From Eledone cirrhosa (Eukaryota), in assembly GCA_964016885.1 (NCBI GenBank), contig OZ024755.1, forward strand, positions 35,774,001 to 35,838,000: DNA of 64,000 bases, read 5' to 3'. Numbering within the stretch: position 1 is the first letter of the stretch; every line of letters starts with the position of its first letter. This document shows positions 13,051 to 24,992 of the stretch, piece by piece. Under the pieces are notes generated by a model. That model was not told the origin of the DNA. It did not search any database and saw only the letters and a list, made by a program, of their open reading frames with translations. The position numbers were made by a program, and so were the translations under genes.

Positions 13051-13129
13051 TAAAGCCTTATATTTATATGCAATAAACATAATTTTGTTTGAATCCTTAA
13101 AACAGAGTCTATCCAATTTATGGTAGAGC

Positions 13130-13347
13130 TGCATTTAAACCGGCCATATACGGCCAGAATTCCTCTCATTTCTTTCTGTTCAAACTGGCCATAATTAGCT
13201 GCTCATACTTATGTTAAAGTATTGTTCTCAAAAGAAATTATATCAAAATCTTATAGATTTGATATTATGTGGGATAATTATGTGAGATAAAGTGTTTACT
13301 GTGAAAATACAATAGTAAATATAGAGTAATGTAAATGCTAAAGTGTT
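13130..13347 (-). mobile_element. piggyBac-type MITE copy
   Basis: Reverse complement of 38138-38345. Confidence 0.75.
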
Positions 13348-13757
13348 AAAGTAGCAAATTTACTTCAAGCACAGCTTCAGTAAGCAACTGTACTTTGAAA
13401 AATAATAATTATAATTATTTCAGGAATGCTACCAACTATATACTACTAAAATTCTGTGATTGTGTGCTTGTCTGTAATGTAATACAGCCAAAATGGCGAT
13501 TATGGGAAAATACTTTGAAAGGAAGTTCCCCCTGAAATAGGAACACAAATGGAATAAAACAAGTTTCACATAAATTAGAGCACAGTTCCAAAAATATGGG
13601 GTTTTACAAGTACCTTCATAAATAGAGTGAGCGAAAAAGAGAGAGAAAGAGGTAGTGGTTGTGGGAGAGTAGATTGAGAGAGAGAGAGAGAGCAGGAGAC
13701 ACAGAAGGAAAATGGAAGAGAGAAAGAACTGGAGGTGTTGTTGAATGAAATACACAG

Positions 13758-13833
<76 letters not shown>

Positions 13834-13872
13834 ATATTAAATAAATGGAAACTATATTTATAAAACCATATT

Positions 13873-13933
13873 TATTATATTATATATATTTCAAGGGTTC
13901 CAAAACTTTGGTACGCTCTCATCAGATAAAATA
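13873..13933 (-). ncRNA. Minimal type I hammerhead ribozyme motif (family H1), within a ~160-bp element (13831-13990) between (TA)n tracts
   Basis: Minus strand: tattttat-CTGATGA-gagcgtaccaaagttttggaaccctt-GAAA-tatata-TA-atataata. Confidence 0.7.
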
Positions 13934-14009
13934 CAAAGTTTGTTTTATAAATCTTGACATAACCAGGAAAGAAGAACTTAACGGTTCAAATATATATATA
14001 TATATATAT

Positions 14010-14040
<31 letters not shown>

Positions 14041-14149
14041 AGTATTGAAGTTTCTGTTGAAAATTTGAAAAAGTCAGAGGAATGAAGAGTGCTCTATGTA
14101 AGTTACAGAGCTAAGTATTTAATGTATAATAAACAATACAGTATAATTA

Positions 14150-15400
14150 CCTCATATTTCTGATATTGAAGAGAATGTCATTTTGTATGCTAGAAATACT
14201 TTGCTGTTTACTAATAATAATACTTGGGTAAAAAAAATCTAACCCAGAGAACTCCTTCGATGTCTCAATAGGCTCTTTTGACAGTGCTGATGTGTGTGAT
14301 TTAGTCGGCCTATTCCTCCTCTACACACTTAAAGAGAAATTCCCTAACCATTGGGCTTTATCGTGACGATGGTCTAATACTTTCCCATACCACCATAGGC
14401 CATAACTTAGACAGATTCAGGAAAGACTTAATAAAAACCTTCGCTAGTTTTAATCTTAAAATTGCCATTGACACTAACCTTTCCAATGTTAATTTTCTAG
14501 ATATAAACCTAGATTTGCCTACTGCTTCTTATAAACCGTACCATAAACCTAATGAAAATTTAAAATATATAAATAAAGGCTCTTGCCATCCTCCTATAGT
14601 TTTTAAAAACCTTATCCCTAATATTAGCCGTAGGATCTCCACCCTCTCTTCCTCAGAAGCTATTTTCAATAAGGCATCCCCCTACTATAATAAAGCCCTT
14701 CAAAATAGCAGATTTAGTGAACCGATTAAGTACATACCCAACAATACTTTAAACATAATAATAGGAAAAGAAAAATAATCTGCCCCCCCCCCCCCCTACG
14801 CTTTAGCAGTTAAAACTAATGTAGGCAAAAAATTCCTAGAGCTCTTAGATAAACATTTCCCTAGAACACATAGATACTATAAGATCTTCAATAGAAACTG
14901 TGTCAAAATCAGCTACTCCTGCGGTCCCTCTATTAAATCTTATATCCTTAATAAGAAAACATCAAAAGTGAAATGCCCATTACAAGGTAAATGCAACACC
15001 AAAGCCATTGTATATGAGGCCAAAGTGACAACCACCAGCAACAACCTACCAGCCACCAGCAAACGATATGTGGGTATGACACATGACAAATTCAAAATGC
15101 GTTTTTACTCACATGTCGCATCTTTCCGACATCCTGAAAAAAGATTTACAACAGCTGTGGCTAGCAGAATATGGGATTTGAAGGACCAAGGTATCCAATA
15201 TAAATTGGAGTGGTCAATTTTGAACCAATCTAAAAAATATGCAAGAGAAACAAGAAGATGCACACTCTGCATAAGTGAAAAATATTGGATTTTACGGAAC
15301 CTTAAATAACCAAAAACCTGCCTAAATGCAAAAACAGAAATTTCACCAGTTGCCCACATATGAAATGACACTTGCTTTCCAGCTCATATAAACTTAACCC
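14150..15400 (+). mobile_element. Decayed Penelope-like retroelement (Naiad-type RT plus C-terminal GIY-YIG endonuclease)
   Basis: ARNTLLF..TWVKK..FDVSIGSFDSADVCDLVGLFLL..GLYRDDGL (RT); NFLDI; YKPYHKPN..YINKGSCHPP; CPLQGKC..IVYEAKV..YVGMT..FKMRFYSH; CTLCISEK..LN.KTEI..SCPH; several frameshifts and stops. Confidence 0.88.
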
Positions 15401-15826
15401 ACTTTCAGACACTTATCCTCCATAAACTCTTGTTCTTCACAGACTTCTCTTTCAGTTTCACTTATCTTTTATTTTTATTTTTACTTCACATCCACTAGTG
15501 AACACCCCCCACGCCCTGCTATTTGATTCACTTACTTTATATCTTAACAATTTTACATATTTTACTTCCCCCTTTTCTTTCACTACCTGATATCACATGT
15601 CACTTGTGTTTTTAACTCCAGATATTTTCCGTTGTCCCTCAGCCGCTTTTACGTATGTTTACTTGCGTATATTTTGTGACCATTTATTCATACGGCTGGT
15701 TTTTATATATGTATGTATGCGTGTATATGTGCATATATGTGTTTGTATATGTATACGAACGCATTCGTATGTGTGCGTGTATGTGTAAATGTGTGTGTGT
15801 ATGTGTGCATTTACGTATGTGTTTTT

Positions 15827-15881
<55 letters not shown>

Positions 15882-16009
15882 TTATATATATGGTCGCATG
15901 CGTGCGTGTGATTATATGTATATATATGTATCGTGTGTATGTATGCGTGTTTATGTGTGTATGTGTATGTATGCTTTTGTGCATGTGTTTTTGTCTGTAC
16001 GCATATATA

Positions 16010-16051
<42 letters not shown>

Positions 16052-16416
16052 CGTACGAGCTTGTTCGCATATATGCATGTTTTCTACTTTTTATTTATTT
16101 ATTTTTTCTAGTGTTACTTTCTATATTACAACCCCTCCCACTTACTTTCCCTTTGCTTTAATTTTTTATTCTTATCTTATATATTATTTCATTAATTTAT
16201 CATATTTTATATTTTTATATTTATATCGACCTTCCGTCTGACACTGCGTTGACTTTATACACTCCCTTCCCTGTATATACCACATACATGTATGTGGTTG
16301 CGCGTGTGTATATGTTTATACGTGTGCATCCTTTCATCCTTGTATGTGTATATATATCAGCCCTTAGTCCCTGAGTCTGTATGTACGCTAACTCCATTAT
16401 CTTACAATTCCTTTTT

Positions 16417-16468
<52 letters not shown>

Positions 16469-16740
16469 TTGTGGTCCCACACACACTAATATGTTTGCCC
16501 TCATGTATGTACTTATGCTCACATTTTTTCACTATCACATGCATTTGTACATACACACACATGTACATCATATGCACATTTGTAAGTGCATATACACACA
16601 TTTACACACATCCCCTTACTATATTTATTTATTTTTATTTTTTATACATCTCTTGTATTATTACTTTTATTTATTTTTTTGCCCGTTAAACTTTTGCCTT
16701 TTTTGAGATTTTTCAAATATTTCACTATGTTTTAAATTGC

Positions 16741-16815
16741 CTTGTCTGACGAACGAATGCGGACGTTTCTTGTATTCGTCTTATTCGGGAAACCTCTGGT
16801 AATGAGGTAATTATA
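16741..16815 (+). ncRNA. Degenerate hammerhead motif, probably in the pLTR of the upstream Penelope-like element
   Basis: CTGACGA (16746) - stem II cgaatg.ggacg/cgtct.attcg - GAAA (16789) - cctc/gagg - TA; stem I pairs poorly. Confidence 0.5.
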
Positions 16816-16842
16816 CTGCATTGTTTATTACACATTAAATAA

Positions 16843-16900
<58 letters not shown>

Positions 16901-17399
16901 CACACACACATATATATATATATATGTATACACACACACACATATATATGGGCCTTCGAATTTCATTTTACAGTATATACATGTCTGTCATCATCATCGT
17001 TTAACGTCCATCTACTAGCTAGCATGGGTTAGACAGTTTTGTTCCATTTGATGCACGCAGGAAGTGTCTGTGTATATTCTAATTATTCAAAAATTATTTT
17101 TAAGTGAAGATGATTTTAAAAAATACTTTTAAGTGAATTGGACCCAACGGGTCACAGGTGGTCTAGTTTAGAATAAAATTTTACCAGGGATAGATCAGCA
17201 AAATTTAATAAACGAAGGCAGGTGGGGGAGAGGGGGGAATCTCAAAAAGGTTGATTATTCGAGACATGAGAGTAAGGACAAAGCTGAGGTTTTGTACGTA
17301 AATCAGAAGAGATTTGGTGGTGGTGTGGTGTGTGGGGGGGGGGGGGATACTATGTCATGCAATATATTTATATATTTTACTAAATCTTTGAATGAAAAA

Positions 17400-18010
17400 G
17401 ATTTTCTTTCTTTTCACTGATGGAGAATGAGAGAAAGCGTGAGAGAAAGGGGGTAGAGGGGGGAGGGTAGAGGAGGGAGGAAAAGAGAGAAAGAGGGGGG
17501 GGTAGTGGGTGGTGGTGTAGAAAGAGAGAATGAGGGAGAGACACAGAGAGGGGGTGGAGGGGAGGATGAGAGGGGGGTGGAGATGGAGGTAGAGAGAGAG
17601 AGTGGGGCAGAGAGAGAGAGATAGCGAGAGAAAGGGGAGGGGTGTTGATAGAGAGGGAGAAGGAAATAGAAAGGGGGAGGGGTGTTGATAGAGCGGGAGA
17701 AGGAAATAGAGAGAGCAGCTGTTGGTAAAGGTAGTAATGATAGGTAGAGAGAGAGAGAGGGGATAGTATAGTAGTAGCAGGAGAGGGAGGGAGGAAGGGC
17801 TGGCTTGATAATAAGGTGTTATTTAAATGATACTCCTTTTATAAGAGTTACAAGTTACTAATGATATTTATTGTTATTTAACACTGGAGAGAGAGAGAGA
17901 GAGGGGGAGACAGAAAAAGAGAGAGTGGGAGGTAGAGACTGAGAGAGAGGGAGAGATAGATAGATAGATATAGAGAGAGAGACAGAGAGGGAGAGAGAGA
18001 GAAAGAAAGA
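17400..18010. repeat. Purine-rich (GA/GGA)n low-complexity region
   Basis: Direct reading. Confidence 0.85.
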
Positions 18011-18641
18011 GAGGTAACGAAAGGTAATAGATCATTAGGTTTAGGAGGGGATGTTACTGAACAACAAATCTCTCCTCTCCATAGAGGTACTTAGTTATTT
18101 TGACCCTGTGTGCTGTCATCACAACTTAACCAAGGAACTAAACAACTACAAAACGTGAAAAAAGAACAGCAAAATTATGGGTTTTCACAAGAATTATGTG
18201 GCATTACCAGTAAAGATCATTTCTAACCAGTGAAATAACTTTTTTTTAAAGATCAATCTAGAAGTTAATTACCTCTCAGAAATACATTTTATTTTCATCT
18301 CTATTGCTTTTCCAAGTTATTTTTTTATCTTTAACACATTTTGCCATTAAAATGAGAATACATGGGAGAGAAGTTAGGGTGAAAGAGAAAATATATAAAA
18401 CCTCGTCCCAGATGGGTTATTAAGAGATCTCACACGAAGAAAATTAACTAAATTCTGGGTTTGTTGTCTTGCTATTTTCAAGATTAATTAGCCCTCTACA
18501 ACATGGTTTCCGTGCAATTAACTGTTTTCCTGCCATTTCTCTTCTCTGAACATAGTTTCGTCACTTTTTATTCCTTTCTTTCTTGCATTTTCTTATTTTT
18601 CTTTTTGTTACCCTCTCCTCCTGTATTTTGAAGGTTTGAAA
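17995..18641 (-). repeat. Inverted duplication, copy 2
   Basis: Reverse complement of 6546-7190; bounded by (GA)n on the left and an RTE fragment on the right. Confidence 0.93.
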
Positions 18642-18748
18642 CTAGTAAAAACCAAAGATTTACTAAGTAGGAAAGAAGACAAGACTCTGATACCATCAAG
18701 AAAGTGACTATGTAGAAAAGAAGTAGGCAGAAACTCTATACATTGTAA
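18642..18748 (+). mobile_element. Short internal RTE fragment
   Basis: LVKTKDLLSRKEDKTLIPSRK* versus LAKTKVLMSRKEDKTLIPSGKW in the 48579 ORF. Confidence 0.75.
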
Positions 18749-19264
18749 CAGTAAACACCCCCTTTCGTCATCAATGACCATGGGATTTGCATAAAATCAT
18801 TAATTTATATTCAATAAATAATGTAATATATACTATGTATAAATAAATATTATATATTTTTTATTATGTAATACTAGCAGATGGGTGGTTTCTGCTAGCA
18901 TGTGTAGTGAGTATATTGATATTATACACAAATATATATACATGTAGATATGATACATCAAATAAAATCGTAATTGACAATATACACAGGAATTGAACGA
19001 AGACTGCGTTACACTGTCTTCTGTAATCAGTAACGTAATCCATGGTACATTAAAAAAAGATGATATTATATATAAACTGCATTAGGAGAGAATTAGTGAC
19101 GGAAATATATGCGATATTTTTATAAGTGTTATAATATAACGGCCGCTAACCGGAAGTGTTAACATTTGAAAATGTTAAAGAAGTGAATCTTTAAATAAGT
19201 TATAAAATATATTTAATCAACAACCACGAAATTTAGCACATAAATTATGTAATATTCATTCATT

Positions 19265-19450
19265 ATTGGCAGTATTGGTAGAAGGTCTGACGCCATGCTT
19301 TGCAGCAAAGAGTTACAGCCCTTTATGGTCTGAGTTCAAATCCCGCCGAGGTTAACTTTGCCTTTCATCCCTATGGGGTCGATAAAATAAAGTACCAGTA
19401 ATGCACTGGGTAATTGCTGGCCTTGTGCCAAAAGTAGAAACAATTATTTA
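19265..19450 (+). mobile_element. SINE family 1
   Basis: tRNA-like A box (tggcagtattggtaga), B box (gagttcaaatccc), MetaSINE-like core, (att)n tail. Confidence 0.85.
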
Positions 19451-20342
19451 TTCAAAGTAATCCAACATATTTTACTAACGGGGTAAAAAAATCTTTTCTG
19501 GACGCAGTCCCACACTCCTTTCTTTATTATAGTTAAGATTTATATACACTATGCATCATTTGATATTTAATATACTATTATATCATCTCTACCCTACCCC
19601 CGAGTCCTTAGGCCCACTGGAGTAGGGTAACACCCACTTTGAGAACCTCTGATTTAAGGCATTGTGACATGAAACCAAAATAGCAATTGATTAAACAATA
19701 TAAGACAACTTCTAATACATTTACATATGCATCTATGTATACACATAGGCAAATATATTCATGATGGCTGCCCCCTCGTTATCGAGTATGGCCATTGCAC
19801 AATATAACATTATTAATAATTATCAATTAATGCTATCGTGCAATGCCTGTGTGTGAAGATTTTTTTTTTAAAGTGAGGAAAGACTGTGCACTGAGCCAAT
19901 CCCACTCTCTGAGCAACAATCGCTATAACCTGAAAAGAAGATCAACATCATCGGTAACTACTGAGCCGCAGGTGTTATGTCGGAGTTATCCCAGTTTCCT
20001 GAGTTGCCTTCTCCTAGAAGAATGCCCCAACAAAAGCTAGGGGTCCTTCACTCCCAGTGGTTTAACCGCACCTCATTATTTCTATGTCCCCGCGCATATG
20101 TATACATGTATATACACATATACATACACACATATATACATGTGTACATATATATATATATTTACACATTTTTGGATGGCCGTTGACTCTTATCAGTTCT
20201 TTGCCCTTTGTCAGATTTTGTCTTTTATCCTGCAGGGTGTCGGTTGAGTCGCCGATGACCCGACCATGTGACAGGTTGTACTGTGTTACATGTGACCAGT
20301 AGCATTCAAGAGTGACCCAACATAAAATATATACATACACAC

Positions 20343-20655
20343 TAGTGGTTAGAGCATTGGCCTTGCAATCGAAAGGTTGAGAGTTCAATTCTCAGACCGG
20401 GTGATGTGTTGTTTCCTTGAGAAAGACACTTTATTTCACATTGCTCCAGTTTAGTCAGCTGTAGAAATGAGATGATAGGGACTGGGGTCCCTATCATCCC
20501 ACTGCAAAGTGGTCGTGGAGGTGCCACGGCAAAAAAAGCACCCAGCACTCACTGTAAATGAGGTTGGTGTTAGGAAGGGCATCCAGCTGTAGAGATCAAG
20601 CCAGAATCAGTTCCCGCCCCACCCTTGCAAGCAGGGAAAAGCAGACGTAAAATGG
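20343..20655 (+). mobile_element. tRNA-derived SINE family 2 with RTE-A tail
   Basis: Head tagtggttagagcattggcc...gagttcaattctc; tail cccacccttgcaagcagggaaaa matches the RTE-A 3' end (51052-51090). Confidence 0.88.
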
Positions 20656-20741
20656 AAAAAAAAAAAAATGTGTGTGTGTATATATATACATCTAGAGAGG
20701 ACTCAATAAGGGTTGTGTGTGCATCTGTATATATATATCTT

Positions 20742-20876
20742 CTTCGTTTTAACCCACTTATTCCTAAGAGGGCCGTAGGGGCAGAGCCCTCAAACACCCC
20801 TTCCAGCAGGTCCTATCAGAAGCAACCGTCTCCAACTGATCCAGCTGGATCTCCAAGCATGACCAGCCAAGCTCAT
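20742..20876 (-). mobile_element. 3' end of the LINE family seen at 36136-37160
   Basis: Reverse-complement similarity to 37033-37160. Confidence 0.6.
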
Positions 20877-20919
<43 letters not shown>

Positions 20920-20991
20920 AGCAGGAAGCTCCAACACTTAAGGTTGTCAGTTTTTCCGGGTATGTCAATATTTATTTATAAAACAAATCTG

Positions 20992-21057
20992 TATTTTATC
21001 TGATGAAAGCGCACCATAATTTGCCTTGGATGCCCTTGAAATATATATAATAAAATA
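20992..21057 (+). ncRNA. Minimal type I hammerhead ribozyme motif (family H1), intact core
   Basis: Perfect 8-bp stem I tattttat/ataaaata; CTGATGA 21000-21006; imperfect stem II; GAAA 21038-21041; palindromic stem III atatatat; predicted cleavage after A21049. Host element about 20920-21100, between (TA)n tracts. Confidence 0.8.
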
Positions 21058-21095
21058 AATATGGTTTTATAAATATAGTTTCCATTTATTAATAT

Positions 21096-21150
<55 letters not shown>

Positions 21151-21153
<3 letters not shown>

Positions 21154-21364
21154 AACGAGTAGGACCCCGACGGCTGAGCTCAAGCCGTTTCGACGGCTAA
21201 TTCTGGACTAAATGAAAATTTTCATTTAGTCCAGAATTAGCTGTCGAAATGGCTTGAGCTCAGCCGTCGGGGTCCTACTCGTTCCTATTACCCACTCTAC
21301 TACTCTAAGTATTGAGTATTTTGGTGCGTTATGGTCCACCTGGTTCCTTACCACTTTTCCTCCG

Positions 21365-21367
<3 letters not shown>
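21151..21367 (+). mobile_element. Fold-back element (family H2): 136-bp palindrome plus tail, in (TA)n, carrying the 3' half of a hammerhead
   Basis: 21151-21218 is the reverse complement of 21219-21286 (2 mismatches); GAAA-(c/t)ggct-tgagctc-agccg-TC; homologue at 57818-58010. Confidence 0.8.
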
Positions 21368-21423
<56 letters not shown>

Positions 21424-21905
21424 CCCACCACTTTATTTATTGACTCTGAAAGGATGAGAAGTAAAAGTTGACCTAGGCAGGATTTGAACCCAGAATATAG
21501 AAAGCCAAATGAAATACAGCAAAGGCTTCTTCTACCTAATGTTCCAATGACAGCCTCTTTATCACCATTTAGTAAAGGAATGTAAGAATATATATTAGAG
21601 ATATAGCATTACTTTGATGTTTCTTCATATCTCTCACACACAAACCCTTGCACAAAAGCTGTGAAGGTATAAAAGTGATAGGGCTTCATATATTCACAAT
21701 TACACAGATATTTGCAGGTATCTCATTTCCTCTTCCTGTAAACTGTGCTGAAGTAATGACTACAAGTTCAGCTAAATAACAATGTTGAGTTAATCAGGTA
21801 GAAAAAGCAGCAATATATTTTTTAATATCAAAACTAGTTACAACAGTACATGCACACAATACTTAACCATACAGGACTATATGTATGGCATGTGTGAATG
21901 TATGT

Positions 21906-21952
<47 letters not shown>

Positions 21953-22081
21953 CATACAGAGAGAGAGAGAGAGAGAGAGAAGGTGAGATTGGAAATAGCA
22001 TGGATAATATATTTTAGGGTCTGTTTTTCTTTTTTTCCCTTTCTTTGATTCGTGAAAGTGACGTTATTGAAAAAATGAGAT

Positions 22082-22275
22082 TGGCGGTGGATTGGCAGTA
22101 TCAGTAGAGGGTAGGACGCCATGCTTTGCAACATAGAGTTACGGTCCTTTACTGTGTGAGTTCAAATCCCACACAAGGTTAACTTTGTTTTTCATCCTTA
22201 TGGGATCGATAAAATAAAGTACCAGTAATGCACTGGAATAATTGCTGGCCCTGTGCCAAAAGTAGAAACAATTAT
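22082..22275 (+). mobile_element. SINE family 1
   Basis: Same head, core and tail as 19265-19450. Confidence 0.85.
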
Positions 22276-22530
22276 TGAAAAAATGAGAGGGACAACTCTT
22301 TTAAAAAAGAGTTTTATAAAGTATATAAAGTATTACCAGTTTCGATGTATTAGTAAAATTCATCTTATCAAATGTTGAGTATTACAATTAAAGAGAATTA
22401 ATAAGAATTAAAAACTAGAAATTAAAGATTTTAAATTAAGTGTTGAGGTAAGTTTTTTTCATTTTGTGTTGGTTCAGCACTAAGCATATAAAGCTTTATT
22501 CCATCATTATGTTTTTCTGTTCAAATTCTA

Positions 22531-22589
22531 GCTGTCTGATGAGGTAATAGCTGTTCCATAATGGTTATCACCGAAATATACATAACAGC
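22531..22589 (+). ncRNA. Minimal type I hammerhead ribozyme motif (family H3)
   Basis: gctgt-CTGATGA-ggt.atagctgtt/aatggttat.acc-GAAA-tataca-TA-acagc; stem I perfect over 5 bp, long stem II, 2-bp stem III. Confidence 0.78.
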
Positions 22590-24029
22590 GAATATGAATA
22601 AACAAAGTTAATTTGAACCTGTTGACTTACACTTGTAACCACTCGCACAACCATGTACTAAAGTTCAACACAATTTAGTTTCAACAAATGAAAATAATGA
22701 ATGAAAGAGGAGGAAAAAATATTCCATACATATTGAAGTCCATTGAATAATAATCCAGTTAAAAGTTTACCTAATTTCCTGACAGATTCCGTTTCCTGTC
22801 ATTAAACTTTGGCAGGTTTTAACATTTTTATTTTAATTCCATTTATGTTGATGTGAAATACAACAGACTATTGGTATTTTTACTTACTAGGACTTTTATC
22901 AACACGCTGACATGTGTGTGTATGTGTGTGTGTGTACATTTATATGTATGAGTGTATAAATATAAACCCACAAACACAGACATAAAAAATACACACTCAC
23001 AGACATACACACTCACAGACATACATTCACACAAACACACATACATGCACACAAACACACACCCACATACATAAACACAAACACACATACATTTATACAC
23101 ACACACACAGCGTAGCAAACGAAACACCAGCTACCATTTTGCTACAAATTGTTCACCACCCTCTCCTTTTCTTTTACACAGATACATTCACACAAATACA
23201 CACATATATTCACACATACACACTCACAAATACATTCACAAAAACACACACATATTCACACACACACATTCACAAACACACATACACATTGTGTGACAGG
23301 CGGAAGTCACTCCAGTTTATATATAGACTATTGATTCTTGAATTGCTTCTCATTAATCCAACACTTATCTCAAATAATCAGCTTCTTTACATAATGATAA
23401 CTTTGCTTTGTTTAATTGATTAAATGAGTTTCTCTACTAGAATCCAATTTTAACAGTTTTTGTCTTCGTTATTCAATTATTTGTTTGTTAGTTAGCTAGT
23501 CATTCTATATTTTATACACACACAAATACATGCACACACAACACGCTTTCTAAATATTTGGACAAATAATTCAATAATTATTCCAGTTAGCTTGTTTTTT
23601 GTTAGATTCCATTTTCTTTAGTCCTTCTTTTCATTGGATTTTTAAAATTATTTAATTTACTTTTAAGTTTAATTGTTTTAAAATATCCTTTTTTGTTTTA
23701 CATCCATTTTCTCATGCGAACATGGATTATATGGTTCTAGAAAATTCCACAGTTTCATTCAGAACGAGTACATTCAAAATAGTAATTACTCTCTCTCTCT
23801 CTCTGTAATGACATGTGTACATGTGTGTGCATTAGTGTGCTGAAGCTTTAAATTAACCATACTATTTCAGGTCAAAAACCAGTTAACAAAGAACCTTTCT
23901 GTATTGTATGACAGTCTCATCAGAGAGATATGGGTGTCTGAAATATGTCAGCACTGCTCATCAAACAGAACAGACAAATTGATTTAAGATTAAGTAACTT
24001 CAGATTCTATTTTCATGATGATAATATAA

Positions 24030-24472
24030 TAATATAATTGTTTCTACTTTTGGCATAAGGCCACCAATTATCCCAGTGTATTACTGGTACTTTATTTTAA
24101 TAATAATAATTGTTTCTACTTTTGGCACAAGGCCAGCAAATATCCCAGTGCATTACTGGTACTTTATTTTATCGACCCCGTAAGGATGAAAGGCAAAGTT
24201 AACCTCGGCGGGATTTGAACTCAGAATGGCAAGGGCCATAACTCTATGCGTCAAAGCATGGCTCCGACCCTCTACCGATACTGCCAATTCACCGCCCCCA
24301 TAATAATAATAATAATAATAATAATAATTGTTTCTACTTTAGGCACAAGGCCAGCAATTATCCCAGTGCATTACTGGTACTTTATTTTATCGAGCCCGTA
24401 AGGATGAAAGGCAAAGTTAACCTTGGCAGGATTTGAACTCAGACTATAAAGGGGCGTAACTCTATGCTGCAA
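24030..24472 (-). mobile_element. Three head-to-tail SINE family 1 copies (one full, two truncated)
   Basis: aataattgtttctacttt.ggca.aaggcca recurs at about 24030, 24100 and 24320. Confidence 0.85.
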
Positions 24473-24992
24473 AGAGGGACATACTATCACAAATAAATAC
24501 ACTTCCTAATTTAAATTGCACAACTGAATGCAGATCATAATCTTAATATTTTTTTAGTTTCTTCCTGTATTTTGGTTTTTTTAGTTTATTTATTTTGCAG
24601 GGAGATTCATTAAGAACTGTAGAATAATGTCTTATGTTGGCAGATAAAGAAATACTGACATCCAATTATACAACAATTTGGAAACCCCCTGAGATAGGTG
24701 AAACCCTTAGAGTTCACACCAGTGGTTCAATAACAGACTGTAAGCTATCCAAGCAGACACATTAACACCACTTAAACATATGTGTGTGTGTGTGCATGCA
24801 TATATATATATATATATATATATATGCATGCACACACACACACACACATATATAAATATCGATAAGCTGAATAGTGATGGCAGATGCAAGTATAACCTGC
24901 GACTATTAAAAGAAAAACATCATGAAATTCTGAGTACAGTAAAAAACATGTGCATTGTTACCATGTATTTTAATATATATGTGTATATACAG

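Noticed and set aside
15360-15372. In-frame TGA in the Naiad-type C-terminus as possible selenocysteine
   Set aside because: Not at a conserved Cys; more simply CGA-to-TGA decay in a frameshifted copy
20343-20400. tRNA genes at SINE heads
   Set aside because: A and B boxes are present but continue into SINE bodies; no complete cloverleaf
23880-23935. Minus-strand CTGATGA...GAAA hammerhead candidate
   Set aside because: Stem I does not pair and stems II and III are poor; likewise CTGAAGA at about 26583
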